64,000 nucleotides of DNA from the IMG/VR virus record IMGVR_UViG_3300001594_000003, positions 1-64,000 of that record. One strand, written 5' to 3'. The notes below the pieces were generated by a model. It ran no database searches and was not told where the DNA came from. It worked only from the letters and a program-made list of their open reading frames with translations. The translations under genes were made by a program, and so were the position numbers. Origin of the DNA: a virus. Lineage: Duplodnaviria > Caudoviricetes. Below, piece by piece: positions 19,085-30,300 of the stretch (the stretch's first letter is position 1; every line of letters starts with the position of its first letter).

Positions 19085-19361
19085 CCTTCGCGGTTACGCT
19101 CTGCAAGACGAACTGACCACTCTACTTGTCGGCCAAGTTGAGCGTGCATACTACGAAGGAAACACGCAGCCTATCCATGTTGTTCTTGCTCAACAAGCAA
19201 CAGTCGTTGCCGATAGGTTGCGTGACTATCTTGGCATTAGCCGATATGGTTACGACGTGTATTGTGCCGTAGTTTGCGGCGATATCCACCTGATGTATGT
19301 AACCATTGCACCAAAGGGCGTTGTTGTGTCCAACGCACCATCGAGTTTGTCGAGGCATTAA
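19065..19361 (+). CDS. Hypothetical protein
   Basis: ATG at 19065 fills the operon gap. Confidence 0.55.
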   Translation: MGRSAPNLRGYALQDELTTLLVGQVERAYYEGNTQPIHVVLAQQATVVADRLRDYLGISRYGYDVYCAVVCGDIHLMYVTIAPKGVVVSNAPSSLSRH

Positions 19362-19363
19362 GA

Positions 19364-20512
19364 ATGAAGATCACCCAGAAAGCGACACTGATGTTCGACG
19401 GTGCCGCTAAAGAAGTACAGCAGGCGATTCAAAAAGTCCTGAGCATCACCCAGTTCGTTGACTGCCTCGATACTGAGCGCCGTCACGTTATGACCGTCGT
19501 TGGTAAGAACGCATATATCATGGGACTCACACCAGATGCGTTCGCCAGTGTGCAGATCAAAGGAGCACATGGTTCAAAAGACGGCAGCCTGATCTTTGAT
19601 CCTACCGTCGTACAAGGGTTGTTGAAAGGCCGCGATGAGCTTTCCATCACAGCGGAGAAGCATGAGCTGGTGATGAGCGCTGTCAAGGGTCGATATGCTG
19701 CTCGCGTCGAGTACGTACCGCTCGAAGAAGCCGACATGGTGCGTATTGAAGATGCCATTGAAGCATCCAAAGCCAAGAAGCTCAGCAAGGAAGTCATCAC
19801 TGCAATTCGCACAGGTGTCAAAGCCACTGAACTGACCAACTTCTACAGCGACGAAGTGATCCTAGCGTTCGTAAAGGTAGGTGAGAAGGGCGTTACCGTA
19901 GAGAGTGCAGACAACTTCCACGTTGCCTGTTACCAAGACAAGGTACAGAGCAAGACCAAGTTCCGCTTCGCAATCCCGACTAAGACGTTCTCACTGATCG
20001 ACCGCTTCATTGGGGACAGCCACGCGCAGTTCTCTTTGGATGGCTCTCAGTTGCGCGTTCAGGGCGACACCTTCGTAGTGTCTTTGCCAGAAACTCAAGT
20101 CGATAGTGAGGTGTTTGAGCTGGTACCTGAATACATCAAGCTGTTGAAGGACAACGCGGTCACGTCCATCGAGTTTGATCCGTCCTCGATGAAGGCTATC
20201 GACAATATGTTTGCCATTCTGAACGAAGATACTAAGATGGCATTCAACGTCGCTAACAAAGGGGTCAAGGTAAACCTCACTACTCGTTCTGGTTCCGTGT
20301 CTGATGGCTTCAAGGCAACCGTTACCGGAGACGCACGTACAGTCCACATCGACCCTCGCATCTTCAATGACCTGTTCAAGAAGGTCAAAGGCGATAAGGT
20401 GCCGATGAGTTTCCACGTTATGAAGAAAGGCCAAGCCAGTTGCTTCAAGATCACATCGAAGCAAGGGGATACCGCCCGACTGACTCAGATTGGTACTTTC
20501 TATGACGAATGA
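19364..20512 (+). CDS. Putative DNA sliding clamp (DnaN/beta-clamp-like)
   Basis: 382 aa; SADNFHVA resembles ATDGHRLA, plus IPTK, VPEY..LL and DPRIFND patterns; lies in the polymerase operon. Confidence 0.6.
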   Translation: MKITQKATLMFDGAAKEVQQAIQKVLSITQFVDCLDTERRHVMTVVGKNAYIMGLTPDAFASVQIKGAHGSKDGSLIFDPTVVQGLLKGRDELSITAEKHELVMSAVKGRYAARVEYVPLEEADMVRIEDAIEASKAKKLSKEVITAIRTGVKATELTNFYSDEVILAFVKVGEKGVTVESADNFHVACYQDKVQSKTKFRFAIPTKTFSLIDRFIGDSHAQFSLDGSQLRVQGDTFVVSLPETQVDSEVFELVPEYIKLLKDNAVTSIEFDPSSMKAIDNMFAILNEDTKMAFNVANKGVKVNLTTRSGSVSDGFKATVTGDARTVHIDPRIFNDLFKKVKGDKVPMSFHVMKKGQASCFKITSKQGDTARLTQIGTFYDE

Positions 20513-20939
20513 CGTGAGCCTGATATTCAGTCTTGCGGATGAAATCGAGATAACCAGCAAAAGCGTAAATGCGTTTGAGAGAATGGGTAGTTCACATGAC
20601 GGCTATCATGTTGCCGTGTTCTTCCGCCCAGTTGTTCAAACGCTTCTGCGTATCGACCACAAGAACCCGGTTGTGTTGAATCGGTTCTGTACGCTATACA
20701 ACTTCGTCAACAGTCGTGGTACCGTTTACGGCCACCTGTTTGTCGTAGATGAGTCGAAGTTGGAGTTGATCGATAACCGCATGATTGTTCGGTGTAACCA
20801 GCGTGAGAAGTACGACTTCGAGGCACTCACCATAAGTAGCGAGAAGACCAAACTGCTTTTCTTCAAGAGCAGTTCCGGTAGTCTTCTGGTGTTGTCTGCA
20901 GGGAACGAGAAGTCAGACTACCTTATTAAGGAGACATAA
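20502..20939 (+). CDS. Hypothetical protein
   Basis: ORF in an operon. Confidence 0.6.
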   Translation: MTNDVSLIFSLADEIEITSKSVNAFERMGSSHDGYHVAVFFRPVVQTLLRIDHKNPVVLNRFCTLYNFVNSRGTVYGHLFVVDESKLELIDNRMIVRCNQREKYDFEALTISSEKTKLLFFKSSSGSLLVLSAGNEKSDYLIKET

Positions 20940-21478
20940 TGGACAAGATCGATATCGAGCACCTGAGACGTGCCGTAAAGAAGGATGAGAAGTACCTCAA
21001 GTTCAAGCGTGCTGTAGACAAGAATCCAAACCTGCACCTCCCCTTCGAGGAATTGCACGAGGAACTCAGTCGAATGCAGCGCACACGACAAGTCCGTTCG
21101 CTGTCCAGAAGCGATAAGAATTTCACTCAGACCGTCATTGACGCCATGTTGCAAGATCAGTCGTATCGAAGTCGGTGCACTGAGATTCTGGCGTCTTGTA
21201 TTTCCATCACTGGTGCATTCCAAGAAACCCTCGTCAATCTGCGCGACTATCTGATCTTAGAGTACGGTAGTCGCATGGGGTCAAAAGGTCGAGTTACTAA
21301 GGAAGAACGCCGCAACTTCATGGAGAACGTGCTTCGTCCGTTCTTCCGTTATATCCACAAAGTTGAGCAGTTGAAAGAGCACGCCAGACTCATTATCGAA
21401 GATATTGATAAGGCAGGCTACACTTACCGTAACTTGGTTGAGTCGATCAAACTGCTGGGCAAACCAGAGTCAATCTAA
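20939..21478 (+). CDS. Helical hypothetical protein (possibly a UvsY-like mediator)
   Basis: AGGAG RBS; helical; directly precedes an SF2 helicase. Function is a guess. Confidence 0.55.
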   Translation: MDKIDIEHLRRAVKKDEKYLKFKRAVDKNPNLHLPFEELHEELSRMQRTRQVRSLSRSDKNFTQTVIDAMLQDQSYRSRCTEILASCISITGAFQETLVNLRDYLILEYGSRMGSKGRVTKEERRNFMENVLRPFFRYIHKVEQLKEHARLIIEDIDKAGYTYRNLVESIKLLGKPESI

Positions 21479-21479
21479 C

Positions 21480-23090
21480 ATGGGTGAGATAATCGTTCGA
21501 GAGCGCATGTTCGTTCCCAGTCATCTGGTGGACGAACGTGATGTTAAGAAAAGGTACGTTCATAGGTTTTATGAGGAATCTGCCTGCCGTCGTTGTGAAA
21601 ACCGCTCCGAACGCCACAACTACATCTGCAACAAGTGCGAAGCGTATAAAGGCAAGTCGGTAACCGTCAACCGCAAGATCGTGAATGACATTGAATACTT
21701 CGGCTTCCCACTCGGTGATCGTAAGAACATCGCCAAAGCGTTTGGCTTGAACATCAAGAAGCTCGGCGTAGAAGACCTGCGTACCAGAGCTAAACGTCGC
21801 TATCCTGTAAAGATGGTCGACTTCAAGCCATACGACTATCAAGTGCCTGCAGTAAAGAATCTGCGAGAGCACGGTTACGGTATTCTGAAAGCACCGCCTC
21901 GTTCTGGTAAGACACCAACTATGCTCTACACTGGTGTCACCAAGTTTAAGTACCGCTTAGCCGTCATCGCTGACCAGAAAGAGTTCCTACAGCAATTCCT
22001 AGACCATGTTCAAGAGTTTACGAATCTGCCCGATCTTGAAGCCAAGCACAAGAAGAAGCTATTCGGTTTCGGCAAGAAGCCAGAGCACTTCAAGGACTTC
22101 GAGATTATCGTTTGTACCTATCAGACATTCCTGAGCGAGAAAGGCAAGAAGCTCCTCAAGTTGCTGAATAAGAACTTCGGTGTTGTATTCGTGGATGAGG
22201 TCCATTCCTCTGGTGCGTTGAAGTACAGCGAAATCCTGAATGAACTGTGGGCCCGCTACAAGTTTGGCGCCACGGGTACGGATGATCGCAAGGACGGTAA
22301 GTACAAGATTGTTTCTCAGGTGATGGGCCCTGTAACCGCTCTGATCGAACGTGATCAACTGCAAGCACAGGTATTCGTGCATCCGATCGACTTCGTGAAG
22401 TCCAAGAGCCAATACAAAGGTCGTGCAGGTTTCACCTATTGCGTAAACTTCCTGTCCAAGCACAAGAAGCGCAACGATATGATCGTCGAGTGGGTGATGA
22501 AAGACCTTGAGAAGGGGCACAACCTTCTGATCCCAGTCTACCGTAAAGAGCATGTATGGGATTTGGTCAAACGTATTAACGACGCTGCGGGCAAACGCAT
22601 CGCCGATGGATTCGTAGGCGGTGCAGCAAACAAGGGCGATATCGCTAAACGCCAGATGGTCCTCGAAGAAGCCAAGTCGGGCAAAATTCGAGTTGTGATT
22701 GGTATTCGATCCCTGATGCAGCGTGGCCTTAACGTGCCTCGTTGGTCTATGATCTACTGCGTGATGCCTATCAACAACGAGCCGAACTGGAAGCAAGAAT
22801 CGTCTCGCATACTGACACCATTCGAAGGTAAGCGCCAACCCGGTATTCGCTTGTTCGTAGATGAGCACATTGGTTTGTCGCTCGGTTGCTTTACTGGAAC
22901 GTATAAGCAGTGCCTCAAGTTCAAACACAAGCCGACAGAGGTTGCACATGAGCGAGCGATCAAACTCATGGACAAGCACAACGCCAGAAAAGGCGGTGGA
23001 TACGGAGACAACTTCAACGAAGAAGACGGAACCGTTGTCAAGTCTGTCGCAAAAGGCGGTAGTGGTCGCGGCCGCCCATTCGGAAGTTAA
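21480..23090 (+). CDS. SF2 DEXH helicase (UvsW/RadD-like) with an N-terminal Zn-binding motif
   Basis: CRRC..CNKC, YDYQ, APPRSGKT, DEVH, ATGT, RGLNVP, Q..SRILT. Confidence 0.88.
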   Translation: MGEIIVRERMFVPSHLVDERDVKKRYVHRFYEESACRRCENRSERHNYICNKCEAYKGKSVTVNRKIVNDIEYFGFPLGDRKNIAKAFGLNIKKLGVEDLRTRAKRRYPVKMVDFKPYDYQVPAVKNLREHGYGILKAPPRSGKTPTMLYTGVTKFKYRLAVIADQKEFLQQFLDHVQEFTNLPDLEAKHKKKLFGFGKKPEHFKDFEIIVCTYQTFLSEKGKKLLKLLNKNFGVVFVDEVHSSGALKYSEILNELWARYKFGATGTDDRKDGKYKIVSQVMGPVTALIERDQLQAQVFVHPIDFVKSKSQYKGRAGFTYCVNFLSKHKKRNDMIVEWVMKDLEKGHNLLIPVYRKEHVWDLVKRINDAAGKRIADGFVGGAANKGDIAKRQMVLEEAKSGKIRVVIGIRSLMQRGLNVPRWSMIYCVMPINNEPNWKQESSRILTPFEGKRQPGIRLFVDEHIGLSLGCFTGTYKQCLKFKHKPTEVAHERAIKLMDKHNARKGGGYGDNFNEEDGTVVKSVAKGGSGRGRPFGS

Positions 23091-23118
23091 TCTGGTAATA
23101 CACCAAGTTAAAGTCAGG

Positions 23119-23574
23119 ATGGGATTGCAGTCTCTACGAGAGAAACATCGTGAAGGCAAGAAGAACGCGATAATCAACGGCGTTCTTCACAAGCTGGCTT
23201 GTCGTTGGCCGGTATGGCGACGACTTGCCCACATAGCTCTTGATCGTGACTATGACGAGCCAATCTTCATAACGGAAGGTAATACACCTAAGGATGCGCT
23301 GCGGGAACTTTACGGAGATAGTGAAGCGGTTCGTGTAATGACCCCTTTCGCTTACTGTGACGAGGTAACTGTAAAGCAACCTAGATTAGTGATCTGCCCG
23401 GTGCGACCTACGAACCTGAATCAGGAAATAGTTGACGCATTGTTGCAGGCAAAGGAATTACACATTATAAGGTCGTATGACCATGCCCAAGAAAGATTTT
23501 TTGAAGAACTTAGACGAGGAGCTGCAAAGCGTCGATCCCAGGTCAAAGAGGTCTGGTACTACGACGCGCAGTGA
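23119..23574 (+). CDS. Hypothetical protein
   Basis: ATG at 23119 after the helicase stop. Confidence 0.55.
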   Translation: MGLQSLREKHREGKKNAIINGVLHKLACRWPVWRRLAHIALDRDYDEPIFITEGNTPKDALRELYGDSEAVRVMTPFAYCDEVTVKQPRLVICPVRPTNLNQEIVDALLQAKELHIIRSYDHAQERFFEELRRGAAKRRSQVKEVWYYDAQ

Positions 23575-24208
23575 TCTGCTCCCTATCGAGTTTAAGTTTC
23601 CAACAGAACGGATGAAGCTGCTCAAGTCGCGTGGTGTTGACGGTTATGCCTTCAGCCAAGCACGCAATCCGTTTATCGTGGAAGATGCACTGGTTAGAAT
23701 CAAGCCTCAGGTTCAGTGGTTGCCTGATGACTTCGTACTTCGATCCATCAGTGTGAAGAAGCAGATCAACGGCATTGACCGTGTGTTGCAGAACCCACTC
23801 CATGGTTCGTACACAATGGCTATTGGAAGTTATCCGAGCGACGTTCGTGCCAAGATTCTGGCTGTGAACTTTATGAATCGCGCCATCGACGCTCAGATCG
23901 GTGGAAGTCATCGTGGTCGTGCATATCCGTTGTGGCATCGACTGATGGGTAACTATCAAGACCCTCTGCGCGATTCAAAGGAATCGGAGCATGTGAGTAT
24001 GCTTGTCATCACTAACGTAGGTGTTGACAGCAGCCAAGTTAAACTGGAGAAGTTGCGTGACATACTGGAGAAGTATGACTCGATCCCGCGTATTGTGGTT
24101 GTTAACGGCGTCGATCCTGTGTCATTTTTTGCTGAACGTGTCCGTCTACCTCTGAAATACGCTTTCTATCTGTCGGCCGAACAGAAAGCCTCGATTCTGG
24201 ATATCTAA
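23477..24208 (+). CDS. Degenerate AAA+ (DnaC/IstB-like) protein, possibly a helicase loader
   Basis: MLVITNVG resembles LLILDDLG and PRIVVVN resembles PTIITSN; no intact GKT. Confidence 0.4.
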   Translation: MTMPKKDFLKNLDEELQSVDPRSKRSGTTTRSDLLPIEFKFPTERMKLLKSRGVDGYAFSQARNPFIVEDALVRIKPQVQWLPDDFVLRSISVKKQINGIDRVLQNPLHGSYTMAIGSYPSDVRAKILAVNFMNRAIDAQIGGSHRGRAYPLWHRLMGNYQDPLRDSKESEHVSMLVITNVGVDSSQVKLEKLRDILEKYDSIPRIVVVNGVDPVSFFAERVRLPLKYAFYLSAEQKASILDI

Positions 24209-24916
24209 ATGATCCTTGACGAAATAGAAGAAATGTCGTCCACCTTGACGAAGGTATACGACAACATGGAACAGGTATACGCCATATACATCCGTGAGTT
24301 TCCTGAAAAGAACGCTGAGATAGATGCGTTGAAGCAGCAGATTGTTGGCAATAATCTGGACACAGAAGGCGAACACGAATACTCTGGTCCTCGCCATGAA
24401 ACTTCCGGCGGTGCCCTTGTTCCTGTCAAGTCGTTTGATATACGCAAGGAACTTGAGGACGAGCAAGCCGAACAGCAAGCCGAAGAAGTGGAAATAGCAG
24501 AGAAGGACCCAACGTCACAAGGGCTCTCTATACGCCATCTGTTCCGAAAAATCAACCAGCTATGTCATCCTGATAAGTGCAAGCGTTTCTCGCACGAAGA
24601 CACCGCACGTTTGCGCGAATGCTTTATCGAGGCAGGGTCCGCGTATTCAAATCGTGATCAGGATATGCTGGAGTTGCTCTATATTAGGGTGTGTTATATA
24701 CGAAATGAAATGCACCGTTTGAGCCAACATTTGGTTAACGAAACCAAGAGAAAGCACAGGATGTTGAGTGCGCAACTGGAGCGCGTCACGTTTCATCCTA
24801 TGTACTCCGTACTGCAACTCCACGTTCATGGTATGTATCCAGCAGCCTTCGATAAGTTTGACAAGTTTCTGGATCACCAGATCGAAGATTTGAAGAAAGC
24901 ACTAGGGTCCCTATAG
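24209..24916 (+). CDS. J-domain (DnaJ-like) protein
   Basis: IRHLFRKINQLCHPDK...F.EAGSAY, i.e. helix II-HPD-helix III. Confidence 0.75.
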   Translation: MILDEIEEMSSTLTKVYDNMEQVYAIYIREFPEKNAEIDALKQQIVGNNLDTEGEHEYSGPRHETSGGALVPVKSFDIRKELEDEQAEQQAEEVEIAEKDPTSQGLSIRHLFRKINQLCHPDKCKRFSHEDTARLRECFIEAGSAYSNRDQDMLELLYIRVCYIRNEMHRLSQHLVNETKRKHRMLSAQLERVTFHPMYSVLQLHVHGMYPAAFDKFDKFLDHQIEDLKKALGSL

Positions 24917-24928
24917 GGGGCCCTTTTT
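24904..24928 (+). terminator. Rho-independent terminator ending the replication operon
   Basis: agggtccc...ggggccct followed by tttt. Confidence 0.8.
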
Positions 24929-24960
24929 CGTTTCCGTCTCCCGCAGTTATGATTGGTGTG

Positions 24961-24968
24961 CTAATTTA
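24961..24968 (+). promoter_or_regulatory. Candidate late-promoter motif CTAATTTA
   Basis: Intergenic, upstream of the sheath gene. Confidence 0.5.
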
Positions 24969-25062
24969 CTTGTACAATCGAAACGTGGTTGCAGTTAGTA
25001 CCATAGCGGTTGTCCAGTGTTTCCATACCAACTATATCAGAAACTGTTGACGGAGACCAATC

Positions 25063-26703
25063 ATGGTCAATAGAGTTCATCCAAGCGCCGGCGTATATCC
25101 AAATGAAGTGGATATGAGCTTGCGTGCCACAGCAGCCGCTACCTCGATCGTGGGTGTTGTTGGCGAAGCATCAATGGGTCCAGTAGGGGTAATTACTGAC
25201 GTTTTCGACAAAGAGGACCTCCGTGCCACTTTCGGCACACCAGACGCTCAGAAGTACGGCTTTGCCTTGTACTGCTCTGAGCAGGCTCTGGCTCAAACTC
25301 GCAACCTGAAATTCCTGCGCGTCGTTGCTGACGATGCACTCACCGCAGGTGCCTACTTCACCGTTGACGACCCGACTCAGCGCATTCCGAATCTGCGTCT
25401 GAACGTTTTCGACAATGGTTCCAACGAGCCTCTCGGTGTTGTCGATCCTCTGAATAACCTGGGATTCACCGCAGATCAAGAAGGCGTTGATCGCGTCCTT
25501 ATGTACTTCTGCGCCGCGAACCCTGGCAAGTGGAACGACCGCATCAGCGTTCGTGTTCGGCCCGCAGTGCCGTCCGGAGTTTCCGTTGACGACGAACGCC
25601 ACTACAACCCACTGCACTTCTGGGTTGACGTGTTCCTCGACTTCAAGAATGCGAACAGCCGTCCTATCGAATCCTTCTTCGTAAGCCGTAAGTACGAACT
25701 GAACGGTGACGGTGCGCAGATGTATGTTGAAGACGCCATCAACAACGGCTCTCGCTACATCCGCGTTAAGAACAACCCGTTCTGTCCAGAAGTGAAAATC
25801 AAGAAAGAAGCCTTCGAGTTCCTCAAAGGTGGTACTGACGGCTCTCGTCCTACTGATGCCCAAATCATCAAGGCATGGGAGGAGTTCTCAGACGCAGAAA
25901 TCGTGGACGTTAACCTGTTCATGAACTCTGGTTACACCAAGCCGGCTATCCAGCGCAAGATGATCGAAATTGCGGAGCGTCGTGGTGATTGCTTGGCGGT
26001 TCTCGATATTCCTGATGCGGATTACGAAGCAGCCCGTGCTGTAAACTACGTCAAGAACTCCTTGAACGTGAGCAGCAGCTACGGTGCCATTTACGCACCG
26101 TATGTTCAGATTCGTGACACGTACAACGACAAAACACTGTTCATTCCACCGAGTGGTCATGCTGTTGCTGCTATGGCGTACACGGATTATAACCGTGCTG
26201 TCTGGTTCGCACCTGCTGGTTTGAATCGTGGTCAAGTTCGTGTGCTCGGCATCCGTACCAAGTACAACCAAGGTGCACGCGATGCACTGGATCGTGCGAA
26301 GATCAACCCGATCCGCAACATTCCGGGCCGTGGTTATGTCATCATGGGTCAAGAAACCCTGCAGGCCTTCGACAGCGCCTTCAGCAACGTCAACGTTCGC
26401 CGCCTGATCAACTTCATCAAGAAGTCCATTGCGTCGGCCTGTAATGTTGCCAACTTCGACCCGAACGACTCGTTCACTCGGTTGTCTCTCGTAAACATCT
26501 GTGGCGATTTCCTTGCACCCATCAAACAGGGTCGTGGTCTGTATGACTTCGAAGCTGTGTGTGACAAGCGAAATAACAAGACCGATGCGATTTCGGCTGG
26601 TGATCTGGTCCTCGACGTGTACGCTGATCCGACAATTCCGGCTAAGCGCATTCACGTCACATCGCACATCATGCCTACCGGCACGTACTTTGAAGAAAAC
26701 TAA
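25063..26703 (+). CDS. Contractile tail sheath protein
   Basis: SAGVYPNEVD, WFAPAGLNRG and NVRRL motifs. Confidence 0.95.
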   Translation: MVNRVHPSAGVYPNEVDMSLRATAAATSIVGVVGEASMGPVGVITDVFDKEDLRATFGTPDAQKYGFALYCSEQALAQTRNLKFLRVVADDALTAGAYFTVDDPTQRIPNLRLNVFDNGSNEPLGVVDPLNNLGFTADQEGVDRVLMYFCAANPGKWNDRISVRVRPAVPSGVSVDDERHYNPLHFWVDVFLDFKNANSRPIESFFVSRKYELNGDGAQMYVEDAINNGSRYIRVKNNPFCPEVKIKKEAFEFLKGGTDGSRPTDAQIIKAWEEFSDAEIVDVNLFMNSGYTKPAIQRKMIEIAERRGDCLAVLDIPDADYEAARAVNYVKNSLNVSSSYGAIYAPYVQIRDTYNDKTLFIPPSGHAVAAMAYTDYNRAVWFAPAGLNRGQVRVLGIRTKYNQGARDALDRAKINPIRNIPGRGYVIMGQETLQAFDSAFSNVNVRRLINFIKKSIASACNVANFDPNDSFTRLSLVNICGDFLAPIKQGRGLYDFEAVCDKRNNKTDAISAGDLVLDVYADPTIPAKRIHVTSHIMPTGTYFEEN

Positions 26704-26715
26704 GAGGCTGCTGCA

Positions 26716-27360
26716 ATGTCTGAACTCCGCCTGGAACAACTGATTGACGATTTGGAGAGCGTTGCCAACCTCCAGAACCTCGATCCGAACAACCCGATCG
26801 TGGTGCGTCTGTCTCACCCGACAAACCGTACCGTAACTACAATTGCGTGTGCGCAGAAAGAGCCGAGCACTCTGGTGCTTCCGCTGAATGTTACTTGGAT
26901 CGACTACAATCCGCTGAGCATCAACTACCGCAAAGCGCTGCGTCGTGTGTCCAAGAACGCGGATGACCTGAACGAGCGGGATCACACCTGGGAAATCGTC
27001 GAGAACTACAACGACATTTTCGTGACTCAGTATTACGACGATGCCGACACTGCACTTCTGACCACTCAGAACCCAGTGCCTGCAGCTTCCGAGTCTGTCA
27101 TGGGTGTCGCTCGTCTGTCCGCTGCTCCGCTGGTATCGAGTAACCCAGTGGTTGTAGCCGAAGGTGATCCCCGTCTGTCCGACGCTCGCCAGCCAACCGC
27201 ACACACGCATGACGAAGTACCTGCCACTCAGATCAAGACGGCAACCGGCATCGTTACTATCGGCGGCAGCGAAGCTCCTGTCGCTGGTGCTACCATCGTT
27301 GCTACTGGTCCGACTACTGCTGTATGGCGCAAGCTGACTACTTCGGATATCCAAAACTGA
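26716..27360 (+). CDS. Short fibre/anchor structural protein (LRRVS family)
   Basis: Paralogous to the N-termini of 27375 and 63502; contains a GDPRLSDARQPTAHTH fibre motif. Confidence 0.7.
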   Translation: MSELRLEQLIDDLESVANLQNLDPNNPIVVRLSHPTNRTVTTIACAQKEPSTLVLPLNVTWIDYNPLSINYRKALRRVSKNADDLNERDHTWEIVENYNDIFVTQYYDDADTALLTTQNPVPAASESVMGVARLSAAPLVSSNPVVVAEGDPRLSDARQPTAHTHDEVPATQIKTATGIVTIGGSEAPVAGATIVATGPTTAVWRKLTTSDIQN

Positions 27361-27374
27361 TCGGAGATTGTACT

Positions 27375-30300
27375 ATGGGAACGCCTACACTGCCTGAGTT
27401 CATTCGTCAGGCAATGGCGCTCGCTGATTACCGGAACCTAGCTGCCGAGAACCCTGTTCCCGTGCAGCTTCCTCTGGGTAACGGAGAGAACATGATCGTT
27501 GTTGTGGCTCATCTGGAGCCGAACAACGTAACTCTGCCGTTCAACGTCAGCTGGATCGTTGCTGATCCCGCCTCAGAAGATTACATGAAGGTACTGCGTC
27601 GTGTATCGGCACTTCCGACTGTGAAGTACCGCAACACTTGGCAGGAAGTCGATAGCTACGAAGCGCTGATCGCTGAGCCGCAATACTGGGACTTCACCAG
27701 TGGCTTCAACGTCGGTGAAGTAGACGTACCTCAACTCGGCGCCGCTACTGTTGACGTGCGTGGTCTGATGAAGCTCAATCGCGCTTATACTCCGGACGCC
27801 GCTCGTCCAATGGTGGTTGCAGGTAACGATACTCGTATGGGCAATGCGCGTGATCCGTTGCCTCACACTCACCCGAAGCTCCCGATCACCATGATTCGCG
27901 GTGCATCTGGCATCAACGCATATACGCTGAAGGTCAGCACTGCTGATACTCCTGTTGCCGGTCAGATTCTGACTATCACTGGACCTGGCGCTAAGCCGGG
28001 TGAGTGGATCGGTGCATGGCGTCGTCCTGTTCAGGCTGATCTGGTATATGACGGCCCTACGTTCGATGATCTGACTATCGTTGGGCCTGAGAATGGCGTC
28101 ATCGATGAGACCATGCCATTCACCTTCCGTGCGAACGCCGTGTTTAGCGACGGTCAAACACTGAACAACGTGGACGCTCGCTGGGCAATCATCGGCAACG
28201 GCCAGTACGCTTCGATCGGTCAGTTGTCCGGTATCTTCCAGTCGCTGGATGTTGCGGAAGACACTACCGTTCGCGTCGAAGCTCGCTGGACCCACCCGGA
28301 TAGCGGCCAGACTCAAGTTCGCTACGTGGACGTTGTGGTCAAAGACAACACGGTCAAGGTCAATCTGGTTCGCATCGAACTGAACGGTATGAGTGAAATC
28401 GAAGAAAACTCGGTTGCTACTTACACCGTCACCGCGTTCTTCGATAACGATACCAGCACGGGCGTTACACCGACCACGTTCACTTCGTCAAACCCGGGCG
28501 CAGGCAATTTCAATGCTGTTACCGGTGTGCTCGATGCGGGCGAATTGACTGCTGATCAGACTACGACAATCAGCGCAACCTATGCCTTCAACGGCGTGAC
28601 CCGTGATGCGAACCTCGAGGTTATGGTACGTGATACTACCATCTACCCAGCGAGCGCAGCTATCGTAGGCGGCAACCAAGTTGGCGAAGGTACTACCGTC
28701 AACTACACACTGCGCGTCACTTACACTGACGGCGTACAAGCTGATGTTGAGGCTTCTGACTGGACTTCCAGCAACGAAGCTGCAGGCAGCATCAACGCTA
28801 CAACAGGCGAGTTCACTGCGCAAAGCGGTCTGCGTGAAGACGTGTCTACTACCCTGAGCGCCAGCTACACGCTCGAAGGTCGTACCGTATACGCAAGCCG
28901 TCAGATTCTGGTCAAGGACCTGACAGTGTATCCGCGTTCTGCTGTGATTCTTGGTTCTGCCCAGATCAACGAGAACTCGATTTCCACGTACCAGATGAGC
29001 GTAACGTTCACCGACGACACTACTTCGGTAGTTACGGTAAACGACTGGGCACTGGACAATGCACAACTCGGTACCATCAACTCTGCGACCGGTCAGCTTG
29101 TTGCAGCGGCAAACGTTACCGAAGATACAAGCGGCATAATCAGCGCCAGCTACACGGCAGAAGGTATCACCGTTAACGCAACGTTCAACGTTACCGTTAG
29201 CGATATCACCAACTATCCGGTCAGCGCTCGCGTTGTCGGTAACGCGCAGATGAACGAGAACACCACTCAGACTCTGCTGTTTGAAGTTACCTATCTCGAC
29301 AACACCAAGGTGAACGAGCCTGTAACCAACTGGGCCTCCACCAACCCGGCTATTGCCACTGTCGGTGCAGCAAACGGTGTAGTGACTGCGGCTGTAAACG
29401 TTACCACAAACGGCACTACCACTATCAGCGCCAGCTTCTCGAAGCATGGTCGCACTGTGAACGCCGATCTGGCACTGACTGTTCGTGATGCTACCAACTA
29501 TCCGGTCAGCGCCGTAGTTAATGGCCCGAGCAGCATCAACGAAGGTGCGCAGGGCGACTTCACTCTGGCTGTAACATACGCTGATGGTACCACTGCGAAT
29601 CGCACAGCTACGTGGTCTGTTACTGGAGGTGGTGGTGCTACAATCAACAGCACTGGTCGCGTAGTTGCTCCGGTCAACGTCGATGCCAACACTACTGGTG
29701 AAGTTACCGGTAGCTTCTCGCTTGACGGCCGTAACGTTACCGCGAAGAAGACGTTCACTGTTATCGACACAACCGTGTATCCGATCAGCGCTCGTATCCT
29801 TGGTGCCAACTCTGTTCCGGAGAACACGACTGAGACGTTCACACTGGAAGTTACCTTCAGCAACGCTACCAAGCAAGTTGTGTCGGTCACTAACTGGGCA
29901 TCGTCGATTGTCTCTACCGGTACCATCAACGCCAACACTGGTGTGTTCAGCGCTCTGGAAACCACAGGCAACAAGGTAACCAAGATCACTGCAAGCTACA
30001 CCTCTGCAGGTCGCACTGTAGGTTCCGAGCTGGACGTTACCGTAGTAGACGCTACCAATTACCCGGTCAGCGCCGTAGTTGAAGGCCCGAGCACTATGGA
30101 AGAAGGCAGCGATGCTGAATACTTCCTGCGTGTCACCTTCACTGACGCTACTACTTCTCTGGTTCCGGTTACTGACTGGGCATCGAGCAAGCCGAGCGTT
30201 GGTGTGATCAACCCGACGACCGGTGCGTTTACGTCGGCAGCAAACCTGACGACTACCAGCACCACTACGATCAGCGGCAGCTACACTTCGGAAGGCATCA

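Noticed and set aside
26716-27360. Tail tube call based on position after the sheath
   Set aside because: The sequence is paralogous to the fibre N-terminus and has fibre motifs, not tube motifs.
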